DNA of 64,000 bases from Hypanus sabinus (lineage: Eukaryota): contig NC_082722.1 in the NCBI RefSeq assembly GCF_030144855.1, forward strand, positions 35,898,001-35,962,000. The letters run 5' to 3'. Of the stretch, positions 1 to 11,689 are shown in pieces; position 1 is the first letter of the stretch; each line of letters starts with the position of its first letter. The notes beneath the pieces were generated by a model. The model saw nothing but the letters and a program-made list of their open reading frames with translations. It did no database searches and was not told the origin of the DNA. The position numbers and the translations under genes are program-made.

Positions 1-493
1 CTATCGTCAGTCAACAGTACATATAGGTTAAAAGGGTTAAACAGTTTCTGTTGTTTCCTCCCACATGGAACAACATACGGACTCACCAAACTAACTCGAT
101 TCAAAGAGACAAGCAAATTTTATAAGCAAGATGCTATCACCACCAGAGAGGCAGTAGGACAAGCTTTTCCCCCTCTATCAACAGATCTCTGAACAGTCCA
201 TTAACAGTACCTTGTCATTCCTCTTTTGCACTATTTATGCATTTTAGTAACATAGTAATTTTGTGTCTTACGCTGTCTTGTTTTGTAAAAAAAAATTCAC
301 AGCATATTCAGATTAATTTATCACATGCACAGGCTAACACACAGTGAAATGTGTTGCTTGCGTTAATGACCAACGCAACTATAAGCATATGAGAGTGATA
401 ATAAATATAATTCTAATTATAGAAAGAGAAAGACAAGCGATGTTTTAAAATAATTTAAAACTACTTCACCATGTTGATTGAGAGTGACCATAC

Positions 494-623
494 CCCTCTG
501 CACCATCAGCAAAGGTGTCATTTCCCCTCTGTTCTGCTGCAATTGCCTTCTCGTCGGGTTTGCCGACTCTCTCCAAGAAACAGAGTGCTGGGTCATTTCT
601 CATTGTGTTATATTTCTCATAGC
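494..623 (-). CDS. chd9: CHD9 exon ([20 protein letters not shown]...FADGAE), last in window
   Basis: tccacag / GG|gtatgg; 130 nt; gene continues beyond position 1. Confidence 0.95.
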
Positions 624-1091
624 CTGTGGATATGAAAGATCACAAGAAGATGGAATAGGTTATGCGGAACAATATGATTAAAAGAAACAATGAATCCAGA
701 AAAGTGGTCAATCTATTATTTCTATCCGTGTACATTCATGGATTTACAATGAAAAAAATTATGAAGCATAGAAGTATCTTTCACAACTCTACATAAACTT
801 AAGAACTGTTTGTACACTTGCAAACTAAATTCTGTTAGTTGAATAGAAGGAAAAACTGAAAAAGATCTCACATCTTAGGGTGATATGATGACATCCTCTG
901 AAAATCAATGAAAATTGTATGTGTTTCTAAAATAATGTATATACTTCTCTCCCTGTGACTGACTGTGTCATCATTGTTTAATTCCAAATCAAGTTTATTG
1001 TCATGTGCATAAACAGTGAGGCACAGTACAATGAAAAACTTGCTTGCAGCAGCATCACAATCATCTGGGTACAGACAACATTAAGCATAAT

Positions 1092-1960
1092 GTGGCCACT
1101 TTATAAGATACACCTGTACACCTGCTTGTTAATGCAAATATCTAATCAGCCAATCCTGTGGCAGCAACTCAATGGATAATAGCATGCATGGTCAAGAGGT
1201 TCAGTTGTTGTTCAAACCAAACATCAGAAATGGGGAAGGATAATGATGCAAGGGACTTTGACCATGAAATGATTGTTGGCAGCAGGTGGGCTAGTTTGAG
1301 TATCTCAGAGATTGATGATCTCTTAGAATTTTCATGCACAACAGTCTCAAGAGTTTCTAGAGAATAGTGTGAAAAAAAAAACATCCAGTAAGGAGAAGTT
1401 CTGTGGGCGAAAACGCCTTGTTAATGATAGAGCGCAGAGAAGAATGCCAGACTGATTCAAGCTGACAGGAAGTCAACAGTAACTCAAATACCTATGTCTT
1501 ACAACAGTACTGTGCAGAAAAGACTCTCTGAGCACACAGCAGAAATGGATGGGCTGGAGTAGCAGAAGACCACACACACTGGGTTCCAATCCTGTCAGCT
1601 AAAAACAGGAAAATGAGGCTACAGTGGGCACCGGCAACAAAAACTGGACAGATGAAGACCAGAAAAACATTGCCTAGTCTGACAAATCGCGATCTCTAGG
1701 GCTACATGCAGATGGTAGGGTCAGAATTTGGCGTAAACAACAACAATCCATGGATCCCTTCTGCCTTGTGTCAATAGATCAGGCTGGTGGTGGTGGTGGT
1801 GGTGTAATGGTGTGAGGAATGTTTTCTTGTCACACATTAGGCCACTTAAAATCCAAGTACTTTTTCCCAGCAACTTGTTGAATCTATGGATGAGAAATTC
1901 AGGCTTTTCTGGAGTCAAAGAGGGGTCCTACCCAGTACAAGAAAAAATGGCTTCTGAGTG
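1092..1960 (+). mobile_element. Decayed, internally deleted Tc1/mariner DNA transposon
   Basis: remnant MGKDNDARDFDHEMIVGSRWASLSISEIDDLLEFSCTTVSRVSRE resembles the Tc1 transposase HTH N-terminus; ends gtggccacttta... and ...tggcttctgagtg resemble Tc1 TIRs; many stops. Confidence 0.8.
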
Positions 1961-2137
1961 CAGATTACATATAACATTATACTATACAGTGAAAAAAACT
2001 AGTCTGTGCAACAAAAACCAATGACACAATCAAAGACAAGTCCATCACTCACATCTATTTGGAAAATGTCACCAGAATGGCATGGGTGGTGAGGGAATAT
2101 CCGTTAACCTACAAATTGTTCAACACTGTGCACTCAC

Positions 2138-2241
2138 CGTGTTTGAAGACTCCAATGAGCAGAGATTTGTCAGCATCTGTGTCCCACCATTCGGCAGGAA
2201 TCTCAGACTGCTCAGGCTCAGGAACCCAGATATCAATCTCA
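2138..2241 (-). CDS. chd9: CHD9 exon (EIDIWVPEP...[17 protein letters not shown]), SLIDE-like region
   Basis: tttgtttag / G|gtgagt; 104 nt. Confidence 0.96.
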
Positions 2242-4933
2242 CTAAACAAAGGAAATAACAGATGAGGAAGCAAGTCAAACCAGTGGCCACGTTAAGTTGT
2301 AGAAAGTACATTGTGATTAATAGGTCACCCAAGTTTTATGTTTTAAATGTCGCAGTATCTGACAAAATTATTTTTTCCTATTCAATTTGAAAGACTTTTA
2401 AAACAATTTTTTTCATTTTCTTTTAAATGGCAGATCTTATTAATGTTTTAGGTCCATAACCAAAATGACCAATTGAGATGTGCACAGTTCCAAAAATTCA
2501 GGGTGTGACGCATTTCTACCAAAGGCAATTCAAACTACTTTCTCAACAGTGAGACAAGAAAAGTGCAGGAGTAAAATGAATTAGATGTACAGGTATAGAA
2601 ATTACTGAAAACTACTGCAGAAATGGGAGAAATACAATTGAGAAGATGGATAAAATAGTCTCTTTGCTGTTGGCTTTTATTGCAAGAGGACTGTAGCTTT
2701 GGTCAGCTTCCACCTTTAGTTTTGTGTAAGGTGGGGAGGGAGCAACTTCCCCAGTGAAAACGATTCCATGGCATGAAGGATTTTTATTTATGAAGCTGAC
2801 TTGTATTTCCTTGCAAGAGAACAAACTAGATGCAGCATATAAAATTAATAAAATGTTTAACTTGCATATATTCTAATTAACTGAGGGCTCACTTTAAATA
2901 TTTTGCCAAGACCACTGTAACTTTAATTGCTATCTTTGAAATGAAATCCCACATGGAACCTACACTGGAGTTTAAATCCTAAATAATAGTTGAAGAGGTC
3001 CCCCAGTGTGAAAACTGAAAGCCAGGCGAACCGTCAGCTGAAGATATTTTACATGACTCCCACACAGCAGGACACCACTCAGGCTTACATCAGCTGAGTT
3101 AATAACCTTATATAGTAGGATATCTACAATATATTGCTCAAAATTTTCATTCAGAGGAAAGCCTATACTGTCTATAATGAAAATCAGGAAACTGAAGGTG
3201 TTGGAAATCGGAAATAAAAATGGAAAATTTAGCAGGACAATTAGTTGACAGAAAAACAGTTAATGTTTCAGGGAAGGGGCACATATTTTAAAAACCTTAA
3301 AACAAGTATTATTTTGGGAATGGAGAGTTACAGAAATTACTGCAGAGCTTTAAAAGAATATCAGACGAGAACTGGTTTGGAATTGCAATATCTGTCTATT
3401 GCTAAATCTGCAAGGTCACATTTGGCACTGGTATAAGAAACAAGCACCTCCTCAATGGCTTTCCCTAAGGACTACAGTTGGAAGTCAATTGTTACTTTCC
3501 ATCTAACAAATTTTTTGATAAAGTAACAATTCATCAAATTCCATTACAATCTGAAGTGTGAATCTGAAATTCCATTTCAGCTTTATAGTGTTAATATTGG
3601 TTACTGTGTTTCAGTAGCATTCTGAAATTCATAGCTTCTTAGATATTACCAAGTTTGACATCATTAGTCCGTGTATAATTTTACATCTTAAGAAAGGAAA
3701 CTTGCTTATTTCTTTTATTAAAATGCCATGGATCCAGCAGCTCATCAGTTTTACATCTAGGAAGAGTTTAAAAGTTTGTGTCAGAAGTAATGACTTCATT
3801 ACTCTTAATAGATGGCCATTTCTCAAAAGAAAAACTGTTGCTCTAATCTTTCCTTCTGATCGATGTTAAGCTGGAGTAAATGTACTGTACATCTGGGGCC
3901 ACATTAATAGTTAACTATATCTGCTTCAACTTTTCTATAACTATATTCTGCACAAAAAGCCCAAAGTTATCAAAATACAGGGAAAAAAGAGAGTAGTAAA
4001 TTCAGATTCAAGTTATAAGAAAAGGCATAGTGATAAACAGTAAATTCAAAAGATATAGAAAGAATTAATTTTGAATATTATAAAAGATAAATGACAAACT
4101 GAAAACATTTTTTATAAGATTCATTATCATTTTTGAGAAATTTCTTTTGTACTTGACCTTGTGATAACAGAAAACAATATTCTTCCCTTACGGTGTTTGC
4201 AATATAGACAGTTTTGACTAGAAATTATGCATTCACATCTTCTATGTGCAAATTGCATTTGAGAGCCACTTGCCCCAATTAAGTGATGATTGATTAGTGA
4301 CCATCTAGAAATTAACCCATACACTTCCACATGCAGTTCACCTTGGCACAGCTGGTATTTGCATGACATCATTCACAGGGAAACCTATGACATTCACAAT
4401 ACCAAGAGCACCAAGTAAAAAGTTGGAAAGTGAAAAACAATTAAACAATCCATACCGTTGCACTGACCTCTTACAAACAGGATGAAGAATGAAGAATTGC
4501 AAAATTACATAGAAAGTGCAGCAGTGTAGGATGATCGATTAAAAGGCTGCATTTATGTTGTAAATTCCTGACACAGAAATTTATCCTGATTATTGCAATA
4601 ACTGTGTTGTGTAGTAATGTATGTGGAAAAACATACTGCATCCGAATTCAGTTTAATTTACTATATTACGTCTAATTATGCCAAAGGACAAATTGCTACA
4701 TCAGTGATTATAAACACACTAATGAACATTATTGTAGGCTACTTAATGAAATTTGCCAATTGCAATTGTAGATATTACCATCTTCAAGAATCAATAGAGG
4801 TCATGGCAAATTATACACTTGAAGCAATTCACAAAACACCCTGAGAATAATTGTTCAATATTTACAAACATAGGTAGTTCAGGATTACAAGTTACACATT
4901 TCAGTTCGAACACTGTATAATAAATATTTTTAC

Positions 4934-5023
4934 CTTGCATCCACTCCATCAAGCACCTTTTCCAATTGGTCACCAATTACTTCTTGTTTCAGATAATACA
5001 ACATTCTTACTCGTAGAAGCACT
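4934..5023 (-). CDS. chd9: CHD9 exon ([17 protein letters not shown]...DGVDA)
   Basis: cacatag / AG|gtaaaa; 90 nt. Confidence 0.96.
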
Positions 5024-5397
5024 CTATGTGACAAAGTGAAATAAACACTGTAATTGAGGCACACAATGATCATATTAAATCTACTTGACAGCCTTATATT
5101 AACCGGAAAACCCTCTCATGAAAGTCAATGGAATTATTGCTTTGAGATCTTCGGAAAATAATATTGACCTGATCTGAAAAGCAATGTACTCTTCTTTTCC
5201 AATTGTTAATTAATACAACCCTATATTTATCAGTTTATAAATGCAAGCATGCTATTATAAACTGGCTGTTTCACTTCAATGAAATAACATACTGTAATTT
5301 AGAAATATCATTAATAAAAATCAATAGAAAATTCACATTTTTACTAGCCTTGAGAAAGTGACTGAGTACAGAAAATGTTACATGACACCTAACTTAC

Positions 5398-5557
5398 TTA
5401 TTGCAGTGATGTTTTAAGTGCTTTTTGTAGCCTTCATCTTGTAGCAGATGTTCTGGATTATACTTCCTGAGCCACTCAGCCTTCTGCATATCAAATGTGC
5501 TTCCCTGGATCTTTACCTTCTTCCCTTTCCGCCCTCTCGGAACTGGTGCAGATAAGC
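5398..5557 (-). CDS. chd9: CHD9 exon ([13 protein letters not shown]...KHLKHHCN)
   Basis: tatctag / AA|gtaagt; 160 nt. Confidence 0.96.
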
Positions 5558-5778
5558 CTAGATAAGGAATCCAGAACAAAATGTAATTCTAAATGTGTTC
5601 CCATGAGGGGTGGGGGATGGCTGCTCTGAGAGGACAGCTCTCTAGTGGATAAAACTGTACTTTGCTCTATCTCCTTGATGTCATGCATTCTAATTGAGAA
5701 TTATCATTACAAATTAAAATGTAGACTTCTAACATTATTTCTGCACGGGGTAAAGGAAAGGTCTACGACATATGTTAC

Positions 5779-5978
5779 CCAAGTGGTTTTGTAGTTCTTT
5801 TGTTTGCCCATCCTCCGTCGGGGTAATGAGATCCCAGATAAAACTCTTTATTTTTTCATCTCCTCTGTAATGAGCAAGACAGTACACTAAGAGTGCTCGA
5901 CAAATTGTCTCCACATCCTGTTCCACCAGCCGTCTCTTGAACCGCCCATGTGATAAGATGTCTTTCCAGCGGTCCCAT
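5779..5978 (-). CDS. chd9: CHD9 exon ([14 protein letters not shown]...ELQNHL), SANT-like region
   Basis: ttttccag / G|gtaaca; 200 nt. Confidence 0.96.
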
Positions 5979-6832
5979 CTGGAAAAGAATGAACCTTTCC
6001 TTTACTTTGAAAATCAGGGTATTCTTTATCATTTTGTTTTCATGAATTGAAATAACCACATGCTTTAAATGCTTTTATACTTCAAACTGATGTTGAACTC
6101 TATTATGTGGATTGGTCAGCTACAAATCATCAGCAGTCTCACAAATGACCCAAGCATATTGAGGGGACAGGATTCCCAACTCCTGGAAAATACTGAAAAG
6201 CTTCTTTTGTTTGGTTGCGGAATGAGATAAAAGTAATGCCTTCATGATTTGGTCAAACAAGACGATCACAGAATGTTCTGCTTGGGAGTAATTAATTTTA
6301 GAATTTGAAGAAGGGAAGTGAAGCTGAGTGGGGTTTCATAGCAAATGGAAGTGGAATGAGACTGTTTTAAATATCTTCCCCTTTGTTGAGGAAGATGACT
6401 TGGTGAAGGATGGGTTTCATTATCTAACCAAGATCCAGAAAAAACCTTTTGCGATAGAATTATATATGTTAGTTTGCATACTTTGTACATGTGATTTCTG
6501 CATTATATGAGGGGCTACGTTCCTATAAAACAGGAAGTGTAGTGCTTTTCTGAAATGCAAAGGCATGTAACCTGCACACACAGTACATCAAGAAATCAGA
6601 AGACAAATAACTAGTTGTTGATTCAATCACATTTGCTTTTTTACACACAGATTTCATGAGAATGAATTTTATCCTCCATCTCAAATTTTGGGTAGTGATT
6701 TGTGAACCCGGCAAAGGGGAATTTCTGTGACCGGAATGACAGGAACATGGTAGTCACCTGTACATGTATGAGAACAGAATAAATCAGAGGGAACGTGGAG
6801 AACTGTTGCACCAATGAACCAAAGTATATCAA

Positions 6833-6924
6833 CAACACACACAAAATGCTGGTGGAACACAGCAGGCCAGGCAGCATCTATAGAAGTACTGTCGACGTTT
6901 CGGGCCGAGACCCTTCATCAGGAT
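6833..6924 (-). mobile_element. Short Penelope-like element (PLE) terminal-repeat fragment
   Basis: acacacaaaatgctgg...gcagcatcta...gtcgacgtttcgggccgagacccttcatcagg; same repeat adjoins GIY-YIG remnants at 19620-20415 and 54570-55104. Confidence 0.75.
6890..6924 (-). ncRNA. Minimal type I hammerhead ribozyme motif (core intact, stem I truncated)
   Basis: minus strand: atc CTGATGA a GGG tctcgg CCC GAAA CG TC gac. Confidence 0.6.
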
Positions 6925-7432
6925 ATACTGGGAATGGAATGGAGGGAGGAAAACAAATTTCAAAATAATACAGGGTAAATGTAAAGAGAATGTTTCTCTT
7001 AAAGTTCAGCTCAGTCATTGGAGCTGATGTTGAACATGCAGTCTACACTCTGTCATAAATTGTTCAATTGCACTTGGAATCAAGCTCATGTTCCCCAAAA
7101 AACTCGACCATAACGTGATTTTATTTTTCGATATTAATTTCTCTTGCTGAAACTTTGTGGACTGATGGTTTGAGAAGGACCACTCTTTGCACTGTTTCTT
7201 TGTGAGTAGATAAACTCAAAACGAACTCAGTGGATGTTAGCAATACCATGGTGATTATATAAGCATATTATCAGAAACAAGGATTTCAAATACATGTGTG
7301 CTTCATGAACTCCAGGATCCCCACAGATAGAAAAATGATTGAAGGTAAAACATTCAAAATAGACATCTGACATTTGCTTTTGCAACAACTTTTACAACAG
7401 CAAGTCAGTCAATGAAGCAGAGGGCTTATAAT

Positions 7433-7745
7433 AATTTAATAATAATAGACATCTGTTAGTCTCGAGAGACCATGGATTTGCGCCTTGGAAAGTTTCCAGG
7501 GCACAGGCCTGGGCAGGGTTGTATGGGAGACCGGCAGATGCCCATGCTGCAAGTCTCCCCTCTCCACACCACTGATATCCAAGGGAAGGGCAAGGGCCGA
7601 TACAGCTTGGTACCGGTGTTGTTGCAGAGCAATGTGTGGTTAAGTGCCTTGCTCAAGGACACAACACGCTGCTTTAACTGAGACTTGAACTAGCAACCTT
7701 CAGATCACTAGACCAATGCCTTAACCACTTGGCCACATGCCAATA
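7433..7745 (-). mobile_element. tRNA-derived SINE
   Basis: minus strand starts gtggccaagtggttaagg (A box) ... gttcaagtc (B box), then gtgtccttgagcaaggcacttaacc, with a (TTA)n tail; homologous copy at 10276-10563. Confidence 0.75.
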
Positions 7746-8645
7746 ATGAATAATTTATTCACAATAATAATAATAATAATAATAAAAAAACATGATTACA
7801 AGAACAGAAAAGCAGCTGAAGATAAATAAGCTTTCTGAGATGTAGTATCTACGTGAAAGTAATTAAAAAAAAAGGCATTTCAGCTGAAATATTTCACCTT
7901 TGTCAATGAGTTACATAGATTACTTGAATTAAATTTCTTTTCAGATTCAGTTGTATACCCTCATTTATCCACCTCCTGTCACCTCGAATGTCAGCATGAG
8001 GTACTTTAACCCACAGTTGAAACAAAAGAGCAAATAGATTGATTCTGAGAGTAACCAAAAAGATTACAGATTACAAATCGAAAGTGCCCACCAAGAAAGA
8101 GAAATGGGGGTGGGGGGGGGGGGGGAGTAGGAGTTGAACTCTAAAAAACCTCCCAGACTTATGTTCTTCATCCAGATATCTATGCTGGCAAGTCTTTGAT
8201 GTGCAATTCCTCCCACATCCATGAGTGTTTTCTTTTTCCCCTCTTGCCTCTCCATTATTACTTTCCCCTTGTTTCGTTTGGTGACTTCACTTCCCTTTCT
8301 TTGTCACACACTTGACAGGATAGAGGGCCTGTGGTCAGGTGTCTGGGAAGTGCTTCTGAAGAGCACTATACATCAGATAGAAATTCCCAGTGTATAACTT
8401 TCCCTAATCTGGCATTATTTATTTAGCATTATTCTGATGCCTGTGCTGGCTTACAGGAGAAGGCAATCCCTATCCCTATCCCTATCCCTAGTTCTAAGCC
8501 ATAAATTGTTATGTTATTGAACTTATTGAAAGAGCTGTTCAAATATATTTACTATACAAGACCATTCAAAATATTGCTTGCTAGTTAAAATACTGTATAG
8601 GAAAGTGTTTCCCAGCTAATGCACAGATTTTGAACAATGGTTTAC

Positions 8646-8842
8646 CCATAAATTAGCAGGTTCTTCTCAATCCTGAAGCACTCTGTTCTTCCATACGCAT
8701 GAGATCGGTCATAGGGCCTACGTAGTTTGGGTCGATCTTCACCATCACTTTCTGCCTCTGATAATTCTGCCAGTTCATCTTTAGCAGCATTGTAAGGTCT
8801 GGTCTGTTTCCTTACTCTTGGAGTATCAATTACTAAACTGTT
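8646..8842 (-). CDS. chd9: CHD9 exon ([15 protein letters not shown]...[12 protein letters not shown])
   Basis: ctttgcag / GG|gtaaac; 197 nt. Confidence 0.96.
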
Positions 8843-9249
8843 CTGCAAAGGAAGTCATCAAAAAAAACTCTTACATTTTTCGTGAAGAATTCTGGAAGAA
8901 AATCAACTTGACACACACTATCTGCTCTTTTCAGACTGGTGCAAAGTGCTTCTGACCTTACAGTTGTACAAAATGTGCTACAGAAAATAAGGCAATCCAG
9001 CCCTGGTTAGAGATCAGATATCAAAAGTGACAGTAACCTGCATCAACAAAGAACTTCTAATAAATCCAAATGCCCCAAGGAAACACAAACATAGTCATCA
9101 AACAAAATTTGGCATTGAGCCACCCTAGGACTGAATAGAAAGGATAGGTTTTAAGCAGCATCTGATGGAAGGAGAGTATAGTTAAGAGCCGTAGATTTAA
9201 TGATGGAATTAGCAGCTGCAGGCACAGATGGCAGAGATTAAACAAATGG

Positions 9250-9405
9250 AGACACAAGAGGCTGTAGATGCTGGAATCTTGAGCAACAAAAAAAATCTGC
9301 TGGAGGAATTCAGCAGATGCAGGGGGTTTGACCCAAAATGTTGACAATTTCTTTCTTTCTATCCTGATGCTGATCAACCTGCTGAATCCTCCCAGCAATT
9401 TGTGA
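9250..9405. repeat. Degraded PLE-terminal fold-back
   Basis: tgctggaggaattcagcag ... ctgctgaatcctcccagca inverted arms. Confidence 0.55.
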
Positions 9406-9653
9406 GGGTGACGACAGAACCAGGCAGTGCACACGGGAGGAGGTTGCTGTATTAAAGTATCAGCTGCAACATTACTCCAATTGACTATAAAACAAAAGAT
9501 AGTTAAGGCTGCTTTGGATTGTCTCTGACTTCCTTGAAATTATAACACAAACAAAAGGGGAAATGTACCATCTCTTGGAATACAACTTGTTAACACTGGC
9601 AGAGTAAGTGAACCATGACCCTGTTGTTAATTCATATTTAGTATTGATAGCTT

Positions 9654-9905
9654 TATTTATTTACTGAGATACAGCACAGCCCTTCTGGCCCTCAGAGCTA
9701 CACCACCCAGAAACCTCTGATTTAACCCTAGCCTGATCACAGGAAAATTTACAATGACTAATTAATCCACCAACTACAACATCTTTGGACTGTGGGTGGA
9801 AACCGGAGTTCCTGGAGGAAGCCCACACGGTCAAGAGGAGAACACACAAACTCCTTTCAGGCAGCGGCAGGAATTGAACCCAGGTCATTTGTACTGTAAA
9901 GCACT
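9654..9905 (-). mobile_element. HE1-like V-SINE
   Basis: gtgggtggaaaccggag...cccacacggtc...ggagaacacacaaactcc...ggaattgaacccagg is the reverse complement of a V-domain plus B box. Confidence 0.8.
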
Positions 9906-9954
9906 GTACTGTAAAATGCTACCCCAAAATATAGTATGGCTCCTTAAGGCTATT

Positions 9955-10795
9955 TTAGCTGGGGTTGGTAATGGGGTCAAGCTCCCGCTATCTATTAAAT
10001 GCTCCCAATGGCGTACACCTCAAATAGCCTCTGACAACCAAGTCCAACTCCTGGCCTTCACATGTAGCTTAGCTACTAAGCTCAATGGAACCCTTTCCAC
10101 TGACAGGGGGAAAAGGCAGAATACTGGCACCTTAAAACAGCTCACTTTGGACAGATGGGGCTCATCAGCCGTAGTTGGCAGCTTATCTAGGAGAAGGATG
10201 TACCCACTCAGGGGAAGGCTTCGAGAATAGACCCCAAAGGAAAATTCCAAAGCTGGAGCCCTTAAGGGCAGTCATCTTATTCTTTGGCTGTCCATCCATT
10301 TTCGATGATGACTGAGTCCTGAGCAAGGTTGTATGGAAGACCTGCGGTTGCCCATGATGCAAATCTCCCCTCACCACGCCACCGATGTAGTCCAAGGGAA
10401 GGGCATTAGGACCCAATACAACTTGGCACCGGTGTCATTGCACAGCAATGTGTGATTAAGTGCCTTGCTCAAGGACACAACATGCTGCCTCAGCTAAGGC
10501 TTGAACTAGCGACCTTCAGATCACTAGACCGACACCTTATCCACTTGGTCACACACCACACACTAAAGGCAGTCATTACGTTGAGTTCAACGCTAACTGG
10601 CAACTCCTGCGGCGCTGCTGGTACTAAACTGTATTATCAGCCTCAGTTGTTCATTTAGGTTCATCGGAAGCATGGAGAGGGGGAGCTCACTCCACGGCAA
10701 CAGCTTTCTCTCCATATTGTACCACCCAGGCTTGCATATCTAGACTGCTGGGACGCAACATCCAAGGTCGGCCCTGACCACCTGAGGCCTCACTC
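9955..10795 (+). mobile_element. Unclassified interspersed repeat (possibly RTE-related), interrupted by a SINE
   Basis: collinear with 63495-64000 (tattaaatgctccc...gcctctgacaaccaa...tacccactca...ggggaaggctt). Confidence 0.7.
10276..10563 (-). mobile_element. tRNA-derived SINE with target-site duplication
   Basis: TSD taa(g/a)ggcagtcat at 10263-10275 and 10564-10576; body matches 7505-7740. Confidence 0.8.
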
Positions 10796-11689
10796 AAATT
10801 CAAGAATAATGAATGGCCCAGATTTCCTGGCAGTGAAACATCACCAACTACAATCTGGTTAGTAGGATCTCTGCAACTCTTAGTGGCATCACAGGAGCAG
10901 CCAGAACAAGTCCCACTCCAGAACCACCTTGCAAGCCATCTACAAAAACTATTTAAAAAAATATGTAGTCAATAAAAATTTCAAAATAAGCTTAATTTCT
11001 GCTTTTAATTAAAATGGATGCTACAAAAGCAACTAATACATTTAAGGTAACTGAAGTTAATTCAAAAAAATAATTTAAAACTTACTCAAAACTCTTCTGC
11101 AGAAGTTTTTCTTCACTGAAACAAATAAAATAGTTGGACCTACTCTTACTAGGAAGGAGTTCAATGAATAGTTGTCTCAGCATTAAGGCTGGCTAAGTCC
11201 AAGAAGATGCTATTCCAATGGACCCGATGAAGATTGCAATGCAAGACAGCAGTTGGGAAATTAAAAGGAAGAACCTGTCAGGAAACCTGGATGTCCCACT
11301 TTTATATGGTGGGTACAAATGTTCCTGATAAAGGGATAGGGAGAACTACAGATATTTCTCAGGAATATCTGTACCACTTTGGTCTTTAAGGAAAAACAAC
11401 TGAATAGAATATGTGCTCAAACAATGAAGAGTAAATTATTTGCAACAGATTGTGCATGACTCAGCTGTACGTTGTTCCAGCATTGGATATCTTTGCAAAC
11501 AAGATAACATATGTATATCAGTAAGCTCTCCTGCCTGTTGACAAATGTATGTTAACTGCTGGAAATAGCACTGTTTCAAATGTGACCCCTGTAATCAGTT
11601 GCAGAGGCTTCCAACTGGTAGTCAGATGGACTTTTTAATTTTCTCCCACAGTAAATAAGAACAGCTTTGAAAAACGAACATAACCACTA

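Noticed and set aside
1721-1918. Poly-His ORF (HHHHHHQ)
   Set aside because: It is the antisense reading of a (GGT)n run inside the Tc1 remnant.
7690-7740. tRNA-like sequence on the minus strand
   Set aside because: It is a SINE head: it continues into a repeat body and lacks a complete cloverleaf acceptor stem.
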